Part shown: in pieces, positions 13,368 to 27,079 of the stretch
How the letters are laid out: each line of letters begins with the position of its first letter
Position numbering within the stretch: position 1 is the first letter of the stretch
NCBI GenBank assembly: GCA_035221665.1
Contig: CM069169.1
Coordinates: 18,476,001-18,540,000, forward strand
Source: Okamejei kenojei
Lineage: Eukaryota
Direction of reading: 5' to 3'
Length of the DNA stretch: 64,000 nucleotides
Made by a program: the position numbers and the translations under genes
The notes under the pieces: model-generated
What the model saw: only the letters and a program-made list of their open reading frames with translations
Told to the model about the DNA's origin: nothing
The model's database searches: none

Positions 13368-14689
13368 GTTAGTTGTAATTCGCAACAGTGAACTGGGATT
13401 TTACCTTAATGAAGATTTCACTACAATTAATTCTAAACGTATTAAAAGGCAAGACCCTTTGTAATGATAGAATTTATTTTAAGTTAGGGATTTTAAAAAT
13501 TAAATAGCAGTAACCACATTACAATATTACCATGTGTAAAATGTGTGCATTGGAACATGCAGATTAGAATGATCTATTGACTTGAATTTATTTTTAATGA
13601 AATATGGTAGCTGGAAATTGACCTGTTTTCATAAAATTGCAATTGAACAGATGTAAACCAAGCACTTGAATTGTTCAAGTTGGAAGAAGTATAATGCTTT
13701 TTTTTACTCTCCAGTGGGATTTATAAACCTCCTGATGTGTGTTCCTTTGCATGCCATTCTGACTTCATCAATCACCACAGGCTAACAGATTGAATACCAT
13801 GGTTCACACCCAGTGGAGGCTTTGCATTCCATTGAATTCTTGTCCATTTGTGCAATCTAAATGAAACAAAAGTTAATCAGTCATAGTTTAGCCTCAGCAT
13901 ATCTCAGTTTGAAGTCTATTGTGCTTCTAGTTGCTTTTCCCTTTGCCGCTTTTTTTGCTCTTCACCTTAAAAGGCAGTAATGTGGATGTGAAATATCAAA
14001 GGTTCCATCCTGGTCACAGGGTGGAGCTGACCTGGGGAACAGTTGCTTTGCAGTGAAACTGGTTACTCCATTCCTGCTGCACCCATTGAGTTTCATCCTA
14101 GTCACATGACTGTGGCTGGAATGTGTGAAGTTACAATAACTAATCCGTATAGAGTTAACCAAGATAAGTATTATCTCGATGGGCATGTTGGTGTAATTGC
14201 CATTTGTACAAGGGCCAGTAAATGGGATTTTAGGGTACAGAAGATCAACAAAGCAAATTTCATTTAATTGTTAAATGTATCCAGGTGTTCTATGTACTAG
14301 CTGTATTGGAATGTGTTTGTGATTCTAAAATCTGCTTCACATGTCGTCGGTCATTGAGTGCGCGTGTTTGCAGCCTTGAATGTTTTTGTTGTTGTGGAAA
14401 ACAATCCATCTTCAATTAAAGGAAAATTTTGATCTTTTTTGTCTATTACCTAAATAAATTCTCTGCAAGATGCTTGTAAACATCAAGCTAAAGTAATGTC
14501 ACTTGTGCAAGATGAAAAAATCTTATTGTACAATGGGAGTACTTGGATTCCACTAATTACTAGATTTATTTACAAAAACCACCTCAGTAAATTATTCTTT
14601 GTCATTTGGTGAAATGTAAATAACCATTGAAAAGATCGAAATTATTGAATTAACAAACCTTATTAAGGAAGAGTTAGATAGATTCTCAC

Positions 14690-15021
14690 ATGTAGGAAGG
14701 AACTGTAGATGTTGGTTTAAACCGAAGATCGACACAAAGGGCCGTCACCAGTGACATAAATGTCCTTCTCAACCAGAAGAGGAGGGAGGGAATGGTGACG
14801 GGGAGGAGATGGAATGCTAAGGCGAGACTGAGACAGGGCAAGGGCGACTACAGGAGGGAGCTGAAACTTCACACTGCTCCACACATCCCTCTTTGTTCTG
14901 CTGAAGAGCATTACAGGCTACAAGAAAGACCAGTGGCCTGGGGAGGGAGAGCAATCGGGATTGGGCCAACAATCTAAACCTGTTTTTTTAATAGATTTGA
15001 TAGTGGGTTCTCTGCCCACCT

Positions 15022-15062
<41 letters not shown>

Positions 15063-16568
15063 ACCTAGATTTCCAGGTAAATGCTGCAGATGTTCTACCA
15101 ATCGCTGGTAGCCAGTGCCATCATCTTCGCTGCCTTGTGTTGGGTCAGCAGGGTGAAGGGGGATAGAATTAATAAACTTATCAGGAAGGCTGGCTCTGTC
15201 CTGGGGGCGGAGTTGGATTCATAGGAGGTGGTCTTGGAGGGGAGGATGCTTCTCAAACTGCAGAGCATCCTGGACAATACAACTCACCCCCTCCATGACA
15301 CACTAGTCAACCTGAGGAGTACCTTCTGCAACAGACTGGTTCCACCAAGATGTAGAACAAACCATACAGCAGATCCTTTTTCCATGTGGCTATCAAATTG
15401 TACAACTCCTCCCCCTTCTGTTATGGGGTAGACTGAGACTGACGTTCCTTTCCCAGTCTTTGCTAGGCACATCTCCAATCCTTTCCACTCGTCACTTTAG
15501 TTTCACATTTCATGTATTTTGTGTTTTTATGACTGTTGGCAGATCAATTTCCCTCCTGGGATAAATGAAGTTCTATCATATCGAATCATAATAAGCTGGA
15601 GTAACTCAGCGGGTCAGACAACATCTATGGTGAAAAGGAATAGGTGACGTTTTGGATCGAGACCTTTAAAATTGAAAGTTAAGGGAAATGAGAAATTGAC
15701 GGCAATATAGAGAGATATAAAAGAAATGAGTGAAAGATATGTAAAAAAGGAGAGCTCATACAGGCCATTGTTAGCTGTGGGCTAGGTGAAAACAAGTTAC
15801 AGACAATGAGACTCAACAAGATGACTTTGAGGCTAGTATGACGACTTAGGTGGGGGAAGGGACGGAGAGAGAGGGGATGCAACGGTTACTTGAAATTAGA
15901 GAAATCAATATTCATACTGAAGGTAGACACAAAATGCTGGAGTAACTCAGCGAGATCAGTCGGAAGCAGGGTCTCGACCCAAAATGTCACCAATTCTTTC
16001 TCTCCAGAGATGGTGTCTGTTCTGCTGAGTTACTCCAGCATTTTGTGTCTACCTTCGATTTAAACCAGCATCTGCAGTTCTTCCCTACTCAATATTTATA
16101 GCGCTGGGTTTTCAGCTGCCCATATAAAATATGAGGAGCTGTTCCTCATATTTGCATTTGACCTCACTCTGTCACTAGAGGAGCACCAGAACAGAAAGGT
16201 CTGTGTGGAAATGGGAAGGGGAGTTAAAGTATTTGGCAACCGGATAATTAGGTAGGCTCAGCTGGAGTGAGCAAAGGTGTCCAGCGAAATGATCGCCCAG
16301 TCTATGCCTGGTACGGAGGAGACACGTGTGAGGGCCTCATCTATGATGGAAGAGGGGAACCTCCTTTCCTTAAAGAATGAGGACATCTTGGATGTCCTGG
16401 TATGGAACACATCATCTTTTTCATGGGCACAGATGAGGCTTAGACGGAGGAATTGCGAGTAGGGGATAGAGTCTTTGCAGTTAGCAGGGTGGGAGGCAGT
16501 GTAGCCTATATAGTTGTGGCAGTCAGTAGGTTTATAATAGACGTCAGTTGATAGTCTATCTTCTGTGC
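14690..16568 (-). mobile_element. Degraded Penelope-like element with nested insertions
   Basis: Reverse complement gives TEDRLSTDVYYKPTDCHNY (RT), EEQLLIF and MNIDFSNFK* (GIY-YIG C-terminus); terminus at 14690-14739 continues at 15592. Confidence 0.7.
14740..15590 (+). mobile_element. Rex1/Babar-derived insertion
   Basis: MFYQSLVASAIIFAALCW..RINKLIRKAGSVLG..RMLLKLQSILDNTTHPLHDTL resembles the Rex1 ORF C-terminus; short repeat tail near 15570-15590; interrupts a Penelope terminus. Confidence 0.65.
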
Positions 16569-19500
16569 AATTCTCTGTTCTACAGCACTCTGAGTGCCCT
16601 GCTACTTACTGTGCAAGTTCTGTCCTGGCTTAATTTATCAAAATGCAACACTTCATACTTGTCAGAGTTAAATTAAATCTGGCAATTATTGGTCCACTCT
16701 CCCAGTTGATTAAATTCTGTTGTAATCTTAGGCAACTGCGGACCTGCTAATCATGCCAACTACAAGCTCCTTCCAACACATTGGAAATTCAACTTTTGTT
16801 TAAAAAGTTTGGGTGAGATTTAATTGTTTCAGGTAAATAAAAATGATACCTTGACAGAGTTAGAACATGATTTTGGTGCAGATATGTGAATTTAATAGGG
16901 GACCTGTTGTCTGATTTATTTGTGATTGACTTGAAGCACATGCTGAGATTGTGATGCTGCAGTTGATCCCATACACTGCTACTTGTTTAGATGCTTGCTG
17001 ATATTGGCATGGTGACATGGTATGCTTAGTTGGTAATTGTAAACCTGCAGCTTGGCTTTGGACTTCAAACCTAGAGGCAGCTTTGCTGATGTGAGAATTG
17101 CAATTCCTTTATCTGCAAAACACAAACTTCAACCACGGGCGCTTTGGCAAAATCAGTTGATGGTTAGAGGTAGCTTTTTAGCAGCTGTAAGCCACTGAAT
17201 GGCACTTCTCGATAAGTTAAAAGTGATGAATACATTGAACAAGTCTTTGTCTGGCTACTGCTTATAATAAATTAAAGTTTTGCTAATTATAAGGTGCAAG
17301 ATTACTGTGAATATAATTTTTCACTGCATATTTTCCTGCCCCCCAGAGGCAAAATGAAAACTCCTTGCCTCATTTTGTCTATTGAATGGAGACTTTTGTA
17401 CTCCTCCAACTCTACTGGCCAATTTCAGTTTGCCATGGAAAAAGACCGGGGAGGTGATCGTCGTGCATGTGCAGTGGCCAACAAGATTTTCAGTGTACTT
17501 GCAGCTCACACATGTGCATACAGCAAGAGAACAGTGATATTCTGGAATATTTCAGAATGCAACAAATAATACATTTTCCATTCAACCACATAAATGCGAA
17601 AGGGGAACATGGACAACAAGATCCTAGTAAATGTCATGGGAGGGAGGAGAGTATCGAGCATGGGTCCCAGGGTCCCCTGGGGTGTGGAAGGGAGTGCTGG
17701 ACAGTACCTCCTAGACAGCTGGTGTCAAATGCTTGGGATCTTTTAATATTCATGTGGTATTATAGAATTAGATCTATAATTAAAATGGTACTGTTAATCT
17801 TAAAGTTTGACCTTTGACAGCCCAATTCTGATACAAACTCAAAAGACTGGTTATTTGAAATTGTCTATTTCAGTATGGAGTAGCTAAGACTACATGTGCA
17901 GGTGAACGATTGTAAGAGCTGAAATGTTGTCTTTCAACGTTATAAAATGTTGGTTAAATTGTACTTGGAGTATTGTGTGCACTTCTGCAGTAGCTCTGGA
18001 GAGGATGCAGAGGAGATTCACTAGGATGTTGTGTATTGGAAGCTTACAGTTAAGGGGAGATTGGATAGCCGGGGTTGTTTTCCTTGGAGCAATGGGCTGA
18101 CATGATAGAGGTATCTAAAATTATGATGTGAATTGATAGGGTAGATGGTAAGAATCTTTTCCCAAGATAGTGGTGTCTCTGGCATGACATCATCGGTTTA
18201 AGGTGAGAGGTAGGAGGGTTAGGAAGGACCTGGGGGTGTATTATGACTCTCAGACTAAGAACATAATTTACAGGTGAAGAATGAAATAAACCATTGTGAC
18301 AAATTAAATTATCATGGAGAGAATCATTTTAAACAACATGTTGAAGTTAAAATAAAAATTATACTCCGAAAATACTCTGGTCAGCCAGATCAAGTCCTAT
18401 TTATGCCTCCTGATCTCAGAGACATTCACTTTTCTAACGATGCCAACGTATCAACCTTCACCAGGAGCTTTTATTTTTGCAGTAACTTTTAATGTGAAAC
18501 TGATCAAATGCCTTCTGGAGATCAAAAAATAATGCAGCGCCGTTTATTTCTTAAAAGAGCTTGCTGCTTTGTAGTGAGATTAAACCCTATAAAGATTCTG
18601 TATCCCCGCTGTGGAGTTGGCACGTGCTAGGAGCTTACACATTCTATCCATTGTTCGTTTCTGATGGTTTTTCAGCATCTTGATATAATTTGTACGTTTT
18701 GCTGGCAGTGCTGAATATTCTACAGTTGCACAGGCCTGTGCTCAGAGGCCATGGCATGGGTTTGATTTGTCTGAGATATGGGAGCTTCAATGAATTTTGC
18801 AAATGGGTTCCTAATTTATTACGAATCCCAATGAAATTGAGAATAAGCGGAAAGAGATTTGGCCCCATCCCATAATTGATTTGGTCTGTTCACTCTGCTC
18901 AAACTGGTAGACCCAGGTCCTATTTGTACTGGGAGTGGTTCTCTCATGACACTGTCTGTCTGGAATCTAGCATAAGGAGGTTGTTTAGATGACATAAAGT
19001 TGCTGTGTTGGCTTGTCTTCCTTGTGCTGTTTTGAAATGAGTGGTAATTATTTTAAAATCGTGTTTGTGCAGCATGCTGTATGATCTGCATGTTAGTGAA
19101 GCAGGATGCTAAATGCCAGTGATGTTTACAGCTTTAAATCTCCAGCACTAATCTGTCTGACTCCACTGATTTGTGACAAAGATTGTAGTTGATCACATGA
19201 GCCAGTCAGAAACGCAACAAATGGAGAGTCTCAGCAATATTTTTGGTGCTGGCAGAATAACAATTAAAGCAAACGTTGTGGTATCTTGTATGAAATCCAC
19301 ATAATATACTTAAATTACAGTCATTGTCGACCTATAGCCTACACATGTTATTCAAGGAAAATAGTGAGGTGCAGCCAGCTAATAAATGTACAGAAGATGG
19401 ACACAAAAAGCTGGAGTAACTCAGGCAGCAACTCTGGAGAGAAGGAATGGGTGGCGTTAGTGAAAGAGCGCACTATTTCCAGGGCTTGTGATTCCTGTTA

Positions 19501-20089
19501 GGCTGAGGAGGGGTGGGTGTCGAGTGGAAGCTTTACTTTGTGCTCTACTGGCTTCCTTGCCAAATGGAAAAATAATTAGTGGTCCCATGAAGCAGTTCAA
19601 GCAATTGAGAAAGGGTAGACACAAAATGCTGGAGTAATTCAGCGGGACAGGCAGCATCTATGGAGAGAAGGAATGGAATGGAATTGAAAAAGGGTATTTG
19701 ACTTTTTCCTCCATGTCAAATTGATGCAGGGGGAAATGGTCAAGTTGTGTACTTTATCTCAAGGCCATAAAATGATTTGTAATCACTTCCTAAACCATTA
19801 AACTTTTTATTTCTCTAAATGCAAGGCTGTAGTTACCAACTGTGCTTCATATGGACATGTAAACCTTTGTTAATCTAGTGTGCTTGTGACTTTGAACAGT
19901 GACTCTTTGGAGAAAGTTGAATTGTATTCCTTGCTAGTTGTGAGCTGTGCTTCTGGCAGTGTTGCCCCAACCCAAAACATCACCTATTCATGTTCTCCTG
20001 AGATACTGTCTGACCCACTGAGATACTCCAGCACTTTTGTAAACCAGCAACTGCAATATCAGGATTGAAACCTGAGTTTGAGGCTGGAT

Positions 20090-20700
20090 GAATAGTTACA
20101 CTCAATATTTCCCGGATCTATCTCCATAATCTTGTCTGGTAGTTTCTCTCTGCGTTTCCCTTTTTCTCTCCTTCTTCTCTCCCTATTACTTTCTTTCACC
20201 TTTTTCTCCCTTTACCTTTATTCTTAAAAAAAAACTGAAGCTATGAAAGAAATTTGTAATTAAATTGACGCTTTCTATTATTTGTATACATGCTTCTAAT
20301 AAAAATATTTAAAAAACCCCCCCAAAAAACCAACATCTGCTCATTCCCTTCAAAAATTACCTTCCCTACTCTCCACCCCCTCCCACAACTCCACTATTCG
20401 AATAAACAAATCTCCTCAAATTGGATTCCGTGTTAAACCAATTTACCTTTTCAAATATTCAATAAATGGAGACATTTATTCAATAAATGGAGACAAAATG
20501 TTCTGGTTTGTCAATTAAGACGAGTTTTTCCAAATGCAAGGTGTCAGTTATTTCCGTAACCCACATTTTAAATGTGGGGGGTGCTGGTTTTTTCCAAAAT
20601 GTTAGTATTAATTTTTTCGCAGTTATTAGACTGTAATCAAGAAATTTTCTCTCATTTGTCGCAGATGTTGGTTTTAACTCTAATTTCCCCTTCTATTTTT
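20090..20700. mobile_element. L1-like LINE 3' remnants (opposite orientations)
   Basis: Minus strand about 20450-20650 encodes DYSLITAKKLILTFWKKPAPPTFKMWVTEITDTLHLEK (L1 ORF2 C-terminus-like); plus-strand 3'UTR-like tract with AATAAA and an A-rich tail near 20298-20316. Confidence 0.55.
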
Positions 20701-20847
20701 TGAAGTTTGCAATATTTCCCCAGTAGGACCACCAAAGAAAGTGAGAAACATGAAGTCAGTGGAAGAATAGCACAGATTATAAATATTCTGTTGTAATCAA
20801 TGTGTTCATTAGTAGTGTAATCAGAGGAGTTCCCCAAAAATTCTGTC

Positions 20848-20849
<2 letters not shown>

Positions 20850-20897
<48 letters not shown>
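20850..20897. repeat. (TG)n(AG)n microsatellite
   Basis: Read directly; about 150 bp upstream of the first TJP1 exon in the window. Confidence 0.95.
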
Positions 20898-21041
20898 TTG
20901 CAGTTAAAACAGTATTTTCTAGCAGGCGCAAGTCTAATTTCAAGTATCGACTTATGGCTGGATGTAAATTTATTTTCTACTTCTGAATTGATGGGAACTA
21001 TGAACACTCGCTAAACATGTTGGCATTCTCTTGTATTCTAG

Positions 21042-21098
21042 AACACAGTCATGGAGGAGACGGTGATATGGGAACAGCAAACAGCCACGCTTCACAGG
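21042..21098 (+). CDS. TJP1: TJP1/ZO-1 exon 2 equivalent
   Basis: ag|NTVMEETVIWEQQTATLHR|gtgagt; 57 nt; resembles ZO-1 STAMEETAIWEQHTVTLHR. Confidence 0.95.
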
Positions 21099-21439
21099 GT
21101 GAGTCCTTGGCTCCATCTGATTACCAAGTGAACACTACGTTATTGAGGATCCATGCGTATAACAGATGAGCACCAGGTGGTGCAAAGCTGCAAAAGGAGA
21201 CGTGTTATACCTTTAACCTAATGATAGAGACTGTATGTAAATGTTTAGTAAGCAAGCCATTTCAACCAAATCGAGTCCAGGCTATGCTTAATAGGTGCCA
21301 GAGAGAAGGTAGCAATTAAATTTGAGGTGGGAAAATCAACCAAAACACTCTTGGATAATATCCAGTAATCGCTATGAAAATGTGCACATTGTTAGCTGGG
21401 ATGTTATAGTTTAATGCTCCTCTTAGTCGAGTCAGATGA

Positions 21440-22408
21440 TTGTGCCCTAGTGTAGATTAAACCTCTGTCTCACCTGGAAGATCTGTTCGAGTTCCTGAAT
21501 GGAGATGTGGGAGGAGGTGCAGTTGCAGGGGAAAGTGCCTGAGAGGTGGCGGGGATGGATGATTGAACTAATAGCCCTATCCCCCGGTAAGAGTTCATTC
21601 CAAGAGCTCTCCCGAGTTAAAAAAAAAATCAAACTCGTGGTAAGCATGGAGAATGAACGTAGCGGTTACGTCGGAGCTCGGGGACGTCTCTTAGCGCTAA
21701 CGGCAGGTACTCGGGAAGACTCGCTAATGGCAGGTAAGCAAGGGAAGACTCGTGAAGATTTTTCAACATGATGAAAAATGTCCACGAGAGCCCCGAGTAC
21801 CGACGAGTGGCCATTACCGTAAATATCCGAGTTAGAATCAGGGCAAACTCGGGAGAATTCTTGGAATGAACTCGTACCGTGAGACCGGGCTTTAAGGAGT
21901 GATGAAAGCGTGGTCTGTGTGGACAGCTGGAAGGGACAGGATCTGAAGATGTGACTGATGATGGGATAGTATTGATGCTGGTAGATATTGTAGAATAAGA
22001 TCTTGGATGCAGAAGCCGATGGAGTGAAAGGTTAGGACGAGGGGAACTATCATTGTTCTTCCTGGAGGGAGGGGTGTGTGCAAGAACGGAGCTGTGGGAA
22101 ACTGAGGGGAATCTATGAAGAATGGGGGACATCTATATCCTAGAGTGGAGATGCAGCAAAGACGAGACTGTGAGAAAGGGATTTCTTCCTAGCAAGGTGC
22201 AGTTAAGGTAGCTGTGGGAATTGGTGGGTGTGTAGAAGCCGTCTGTGAATAATCTGTCTCCTGAGGTGAAGCAATCAAGAAAGGGGAGAGAAGTGCCAGA
22301 TGGCCCAAGTGACTTTGAAGGCTGAATGATGAAGTTGAAATTGAGTTCTGCATGGGTGTAGAAGGTGCCCCCAATGTCGTTGTCTTTGTGGCAGAGAAAG
22401 AATTGGGG
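21440..22408 (-). mobile_element. Highly degraded Penelope-like fragment, split by a MITE
   Basis: Reverse complement has GTFPCNC..QIFQVRQRF and pyrimidine-rich RT remnants like the copy at 37509. Confidence 0.55.
21572..21892. mobile_element. MITE, PIF/Harbinger-like
   Basis: About 46-bp imperfect TIRs (AGCCCTATCCCCCGGTAAGAGTTCATTCCAAGAGCTCTCCCGAGTT and its reverse complement); TAA on both flanks. Confidence 0.75.
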
Positions 22409-22634
22409 ATAGACACAAGAAGCTGGAATAACTCAGTGAGTCAGGCAGCGTCTCTAGGAGGAAGGAATGGATGATGTTTTGGGTCGAGACCCTTCTTCAG
22501 ACTTGGCGAGTTTTGTTGGAGTACGTTTAGAGCCAAGTGTTTACGCAGCAAACAGACAAAAGTAGCAAATGCCCACGTCCGTGCCTTTGATTTGTAGAAA
22601 GTGAGAGGAATCAACACAAAGGTAGTTTCAGCCC

Positions 22635-22913
22635 TGTTGTTAGAGTTGCTGCCATGTAAGTGCCAGAGACCCGGGTTCGATACTGCTTCTGGGTACTGTC
22701 TGTACGGGGTTGTACATTCTCTTTGTGACCATGTGTGTTTTTTCCGGGTGCTCCGGTTTCCTCCCATATTTCAAAGAGGTGCAATAGGTTAATTGGCTGC
22801 TTGTAAAATTGTACCTGGTGTGTAGGATAGAACTAGTGTACAGGGTGATTGTTGGTCGGAGCAGACTCGGTGGCCAGAAGGCCCTGTTTCCACGCTGTAT
22901 CTCTAAACTAAAC
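22635..22913 (+). mobile_element. tRNA-derived SINE (HE1/V-SINE-like)
   Basis: B-box GGGTTCGAT, core TCCGGTTTCCTCCCA, tail CTCTAAACTAAAC. Confidence 0.75.
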
Positions 22914-23454
22914 AAAACAAAGGTTGTTGAGGGTGCAGGCTAGTTCCATAGAACAGTACAACATATGAACAGGCCCTGTGGCCCACATCGTCTGTGCTGA
23001 ACTTGATGCGAAGGCCAGCACTTATCTGCCTACACATTCCGCCAAGAGGAAGAGCGCAAGAGTTGACAGAAACGGGACGGATCTCTGTTATGGGAAGATA
23101 CAAGGCCTGATGGAGGGCAGGAGAAATCATGCCTGACCTTGAGAGAGGAAAGCAGGGAGGACCTATATATCTTGGCAGAGAGATATAAAATAACAGGGTT
23201 TCGATTTTAAGTGATTGGTAGAAGGATTGAATTGCATTAGAAGAAAAACTTTATTGCCCCAGAAGGTGGTCTGAAATTTGCTGCCTGATAGGGTGGTGGA
23301 GGCAGAAAGGTTTTTTAAAGGGATATGCACATTCGCAGACAGTGGACAAGGCTGTCTTCTGACTGTTGGGAATGATGGGCAAAATGGCCTCCTGTAAATT
23401 TTTTGTGATTTGTCACATCCTGTTGTGTATGTTACCTACCTCACTTATCTCGAC

Positions 23455-24008
23455 GGAGATGTGATCTTTCTCCATGTCACGTCTCTGTCACCTCCCCATG
23501 GCCTAACTACTGGATTGGGGTGGCCTTTTCTGGAAACCGGCCTGGAGCTTTAAGCCGCAAGCGTGGCGCGGACTTACCATCGCGCAGCAGGCAATCCTTT
23601 GCCAAGGATCGGTGTGGAAGTGATCTGACTGCGGGGCTTGTGGACTTTAACACCGTGAAGCCGCAGTCTCGGGTAAGAAAAGGCTGACTCGGGAGCTTCA
23701 TGCCGCGGAGTGTTTCAGTTCCGTCCCGACGCCGGAGTCTCCATGATCCCGAGGCATGAGAGGGCTTCAACATCGGGCAGTCGGCAGAGGTAGTTCTGAG
23801 GGTTCAAGGCCCTGACCACCACGGGTGAACAAAGGCGGAAGATGACTGAACTTTATTGCTTTCCATCACAGTGAGGAATGTTGATTCAACTGTGGTGGAT
23901 GTTTATGTTAAAATTATTGTGTATTGCATTTTTTTACTTGTATGGCAGTATGGTAACTCAAATATCACAGTACCTTAATTGATGCATAATAAATGTGAAC
24001 TTGAACTT
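23455..24008 (+). mobile_element. Unclassified GC-rich non-autonomous retroelement
   Basis: CpG-rich block ending in AATAAATGTGAACTTGAACTTG, a short-repeat tail of the kind seen on the Rex1 copy at 25593. Confidence 0.45.
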
Positions 24009-24544
24009 GTTTCAGTGAACTTTATCCTCGTTAAAATGGGAGAAGTTAACTAAATACGACTTCTCTTGCCTCCGTGGGCCAACTGCAATTGTTTCAATTA
24101 TGTATCCAGGCATTTAAACTATAAGAGAATGGGGAGTGAAAGGGGAATTCTAGTTAGCCATTATCTTGTGTGATGGCAGGGCAAGCTCCAGAGGCCCGTT
24201 GGTAATACTTGTGTCTTGGTCTTGGGTTCCTTCACAGACTTTCCTTCCATTCTCTGCAGCTCTTTCCCTCTTGCAATTTAACATGCTTGTTTCATCACGT
24301 TTCTATACTGAAGTGTCCTTGGCTCAAAATGTCAAATCTGTTTTCTCCCACTGATGTTACCAAATCTGATCAGTGCTTCCTGCATTCTCTGTTTTGAATG
24401 CATCTAAGTTGCTGTGTTCATTCAGAGTAAGATTATCAAGGACAATTAAATTATTTTTGTTTTAGCATGAGCATTTTTAATTTATTTACCATTTACTACA
24501 GTTTTGATTACTTGCAGTGAGTGAGATATGTCTTTAAATTTCAG

Positions 24545-24669
24545 GCTCCTGGCTTTGGATTTGGAATTGCGATATCAGGAGGGAAGGATAACCCCCACTT
24601 TCAGAGTGGGGAAACCTCCATAGTCATTTCAGATGTTTTGAAAGGAGGACCAGCTGAAGGCTTGCTGCA
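24545..24669 (+). CDS. TJP1: TJP1 exon 3 (PDZ1)
   Basis: ag|[41 protein letters not shown]+CA|gtaagt; 125 nt. Confidence 0.97.
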
Positions 24670-24842
24670 GTAAGTTAGACAAACTACACTATCTCATGAA
24701 TTGGCATTCCGTTTTTTCTGATTTTCCAGGATCTGAGCTGCAATAGTTACGCCAACATGTATTGCCCATCCTGAACTGTCTTCGGTTTCATTTGGAATTT
24801 GAAACATTATCCAGCCATAGTAATAACTAAAGTATGAACAAT

Positions 24843-25593
24843 ATGGGCCTGATCTCAGACAACGATGAGAAGGCCTACCGGGAGGAGGTGGCTGATCTGG
24901 CACGCTGGTGTCAGGACAACAGCCTCCTCTTGAACATCAAAAAAACGAATGAGCTGATCGTGGACTTTAGGAGGGCACATCTGAAGACGTACACACCATT
25001 GAGGATAAATGGGGATACTGTGGATAGCGTGAGCTGTTTTAAATACCTGGGAGTCCACATCTCTGAGGATATGACATGGACATCGCACGCTGCAGCACTC
25101 GTGAGTAAGGCAAGGCAGCGCCTTTACCACCTCAGGCAATTGAGGAAATTCAGAATGTCTCCGAGGATCCTCCAGTGCTTCTACTCTGTGGCTGTGGAAA
25201 ACATCTTGTCCGGAAACATTGCAATCTGGTTTGGTAATTGCTCTGCCCAGGACAAGAAGGCTCTGCAGAAAGTAGTGCGTTCGGCCTGCAACAGACTGTT
25301 CCAGCTGCTACGGTCAGGCAAACGCCTCCGTTGCCATGCTGTGAGAATGGAGAGGATGAGAAGGAGTTTCCTCTCAGAGCCATTCGGACTGTAAACTCCT
25401 ATCTCACCAGGGACTAACTCTACTAACTTACTGTACCACAATACCACCCAAAATATTTAATATGAAAAATAACATTTGATTCTGTTTGTTGTTTGTTGGT
25501 TGTTTGTTTGTTTTTTGCACAAAGTCTGCAGGCACGGCCACTTTTCAATTCACTGCACATCCCGTATGTGTATGTGACGAATAAACTTGACTT
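24843..25593 (+). mobile_element. Rex1/Babar-type LINE 3' fragment
   Basis: GLISDNDEKAYREEVADLARWCQDNSLLLNIKKTNELIVDFRR..FKYLGVHISEDMTW; tail AATAAACTTGACTTG. Confidence 0.88.
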
Positions 25594-26410
25594 GCTCGCC
25601 CCTCCCCTTCCTCTGTAGTTCCCATCTGCCTCTGTTTCTCGTTCCATACTGGTTCCATCCTTTGCGGTAATAAATTCCTGAATCTGCAGCCTTGTATTCT
25701 CCACTTGTCCCCTTCCATTCCTCTGTCACTATCTTCACCTTTCCCCCTGCCACCTGACTGTTATCTGCCAGTCAACCCTTCCTCACCTGTATCCGACTTG
25801 CTAATATTGCCCCAACCCTCTCTGCCACCTCTTTACGATGGCCTTTCCAGCGTTCTGGTTTTTGGAGGACATTCCAGGATTTGCAGACTTTTGTCTGCCA
25901 GACATTCTGACTACAGTCTTCCCCTCCCTTAAAGGCATGAGGTTCGCATCTTAAATGCCTTTGAAATTAAAGATAAGAAGCTTTGTGAAGTGGAACTCGA
26001 ACAGTAGTTAGGCCGAAGCATCCTGTTCTTCCCGTATCTGGGCAAAAGGCACATTTCTCTGTTCTGGTTGTCAATTTTATAGCAAACTGTGTGCAGTCAT
26101 TTTAAAAGTAGTTTGGGTTGAAATGGGCAGTCTTGTTTCACACAATACTTAAGAATTGCTTCACTTAGCTCAAATGTTGATCTAAAAATTCCATTAATTT
26201 AAATAAAGAATGAATCCTCCTGATCCAGAAAAGTCCTTTAAATCTCCTTTGTTTGAAGAATTTACTTTTAGAGATCTTGTTCTGCTTAATCAAACCCAGA
26301 ATCTCATCTACAAATAAAAATCTGATGCTGAAGATATGGAGTACTTACTTTTTATAAATTGGTTGTCGACACAGAGGCCCCATTTTCATCATGCTTTTTT
26401 TTTCTCCCAG

Positions 26411-26513
26411 TGAAAATGACCGGGTTGCCATGGTTAATGGTGTTTCAATGGATAACGTGGAACATGCATTTGCGGTCCAGCAGCTGCGGAAAAGTGGAAA
26501 GAATGCAAAAATT
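26411..26513 (+). CDS. TJP1: TJP1 exon 4 (PDZ1)
   Basis: cag|T+[34 protein letters not shown]|gtaagt; 103 nt. Confidence 0.97.
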
Positions 26514-27079
26514 GTAAGTTTAATCATAAAGTATGATATTTCAAAATGGGAGGTGAAACCTGTTTTTGTGTTAAAAGGTAACATAGACCAATATATAACA
26601 ATCATTTCATTGACATTCATATTTATTCCAAAAAACATATTGCATTTGTCAGGACCGAGCATAATATTGTGCATACTAATTTTAAAATTTGGGTAAATGA
26701 ATATAACTGACCAATTGTTCAATGAACAGTTATCAGTGGAACAGAGTAATAGAGATGACACATGATCCAGTATTGAATTTACTAAATTTTCATATTTGTG
26801 CCACCATGTGACGCTCAAAGCCAAATGGGCCATTGCGTTCTCAAGGCAATCCTGTTCCCCATTAAACTTCTCTCAGTTGTACATGTAAGTGATCTTTCCC
26901 CCCGTTCCTCCCTGCCGATTCTCCTGCCACTCACTGGTGCAATTCACTGTAGCCAATTAGCCTCCCACCAAGCATTTATTTTGGAGTGGAAGGAAACCGG
27001 AGCACCTGGAGTGAGCACGCATTATCACAGAGCAATCAGCATGGAAAAACAAGCCCTTCGACCCAACTTGTCCATACCC

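Noticed and set aside
13986-14056. VKYQR.. resembling a recalled MKYQKY.. long ZO-1 N-terminus
   Set aside because: No in-frame ATG, similarity ends after three residues, and the frame hits a stop
1-21041. Canonical TJP1 exon 1 and CpG-island promoter
   Set aside because: No CpG island or matching short exon seen; presumably upstream of the window
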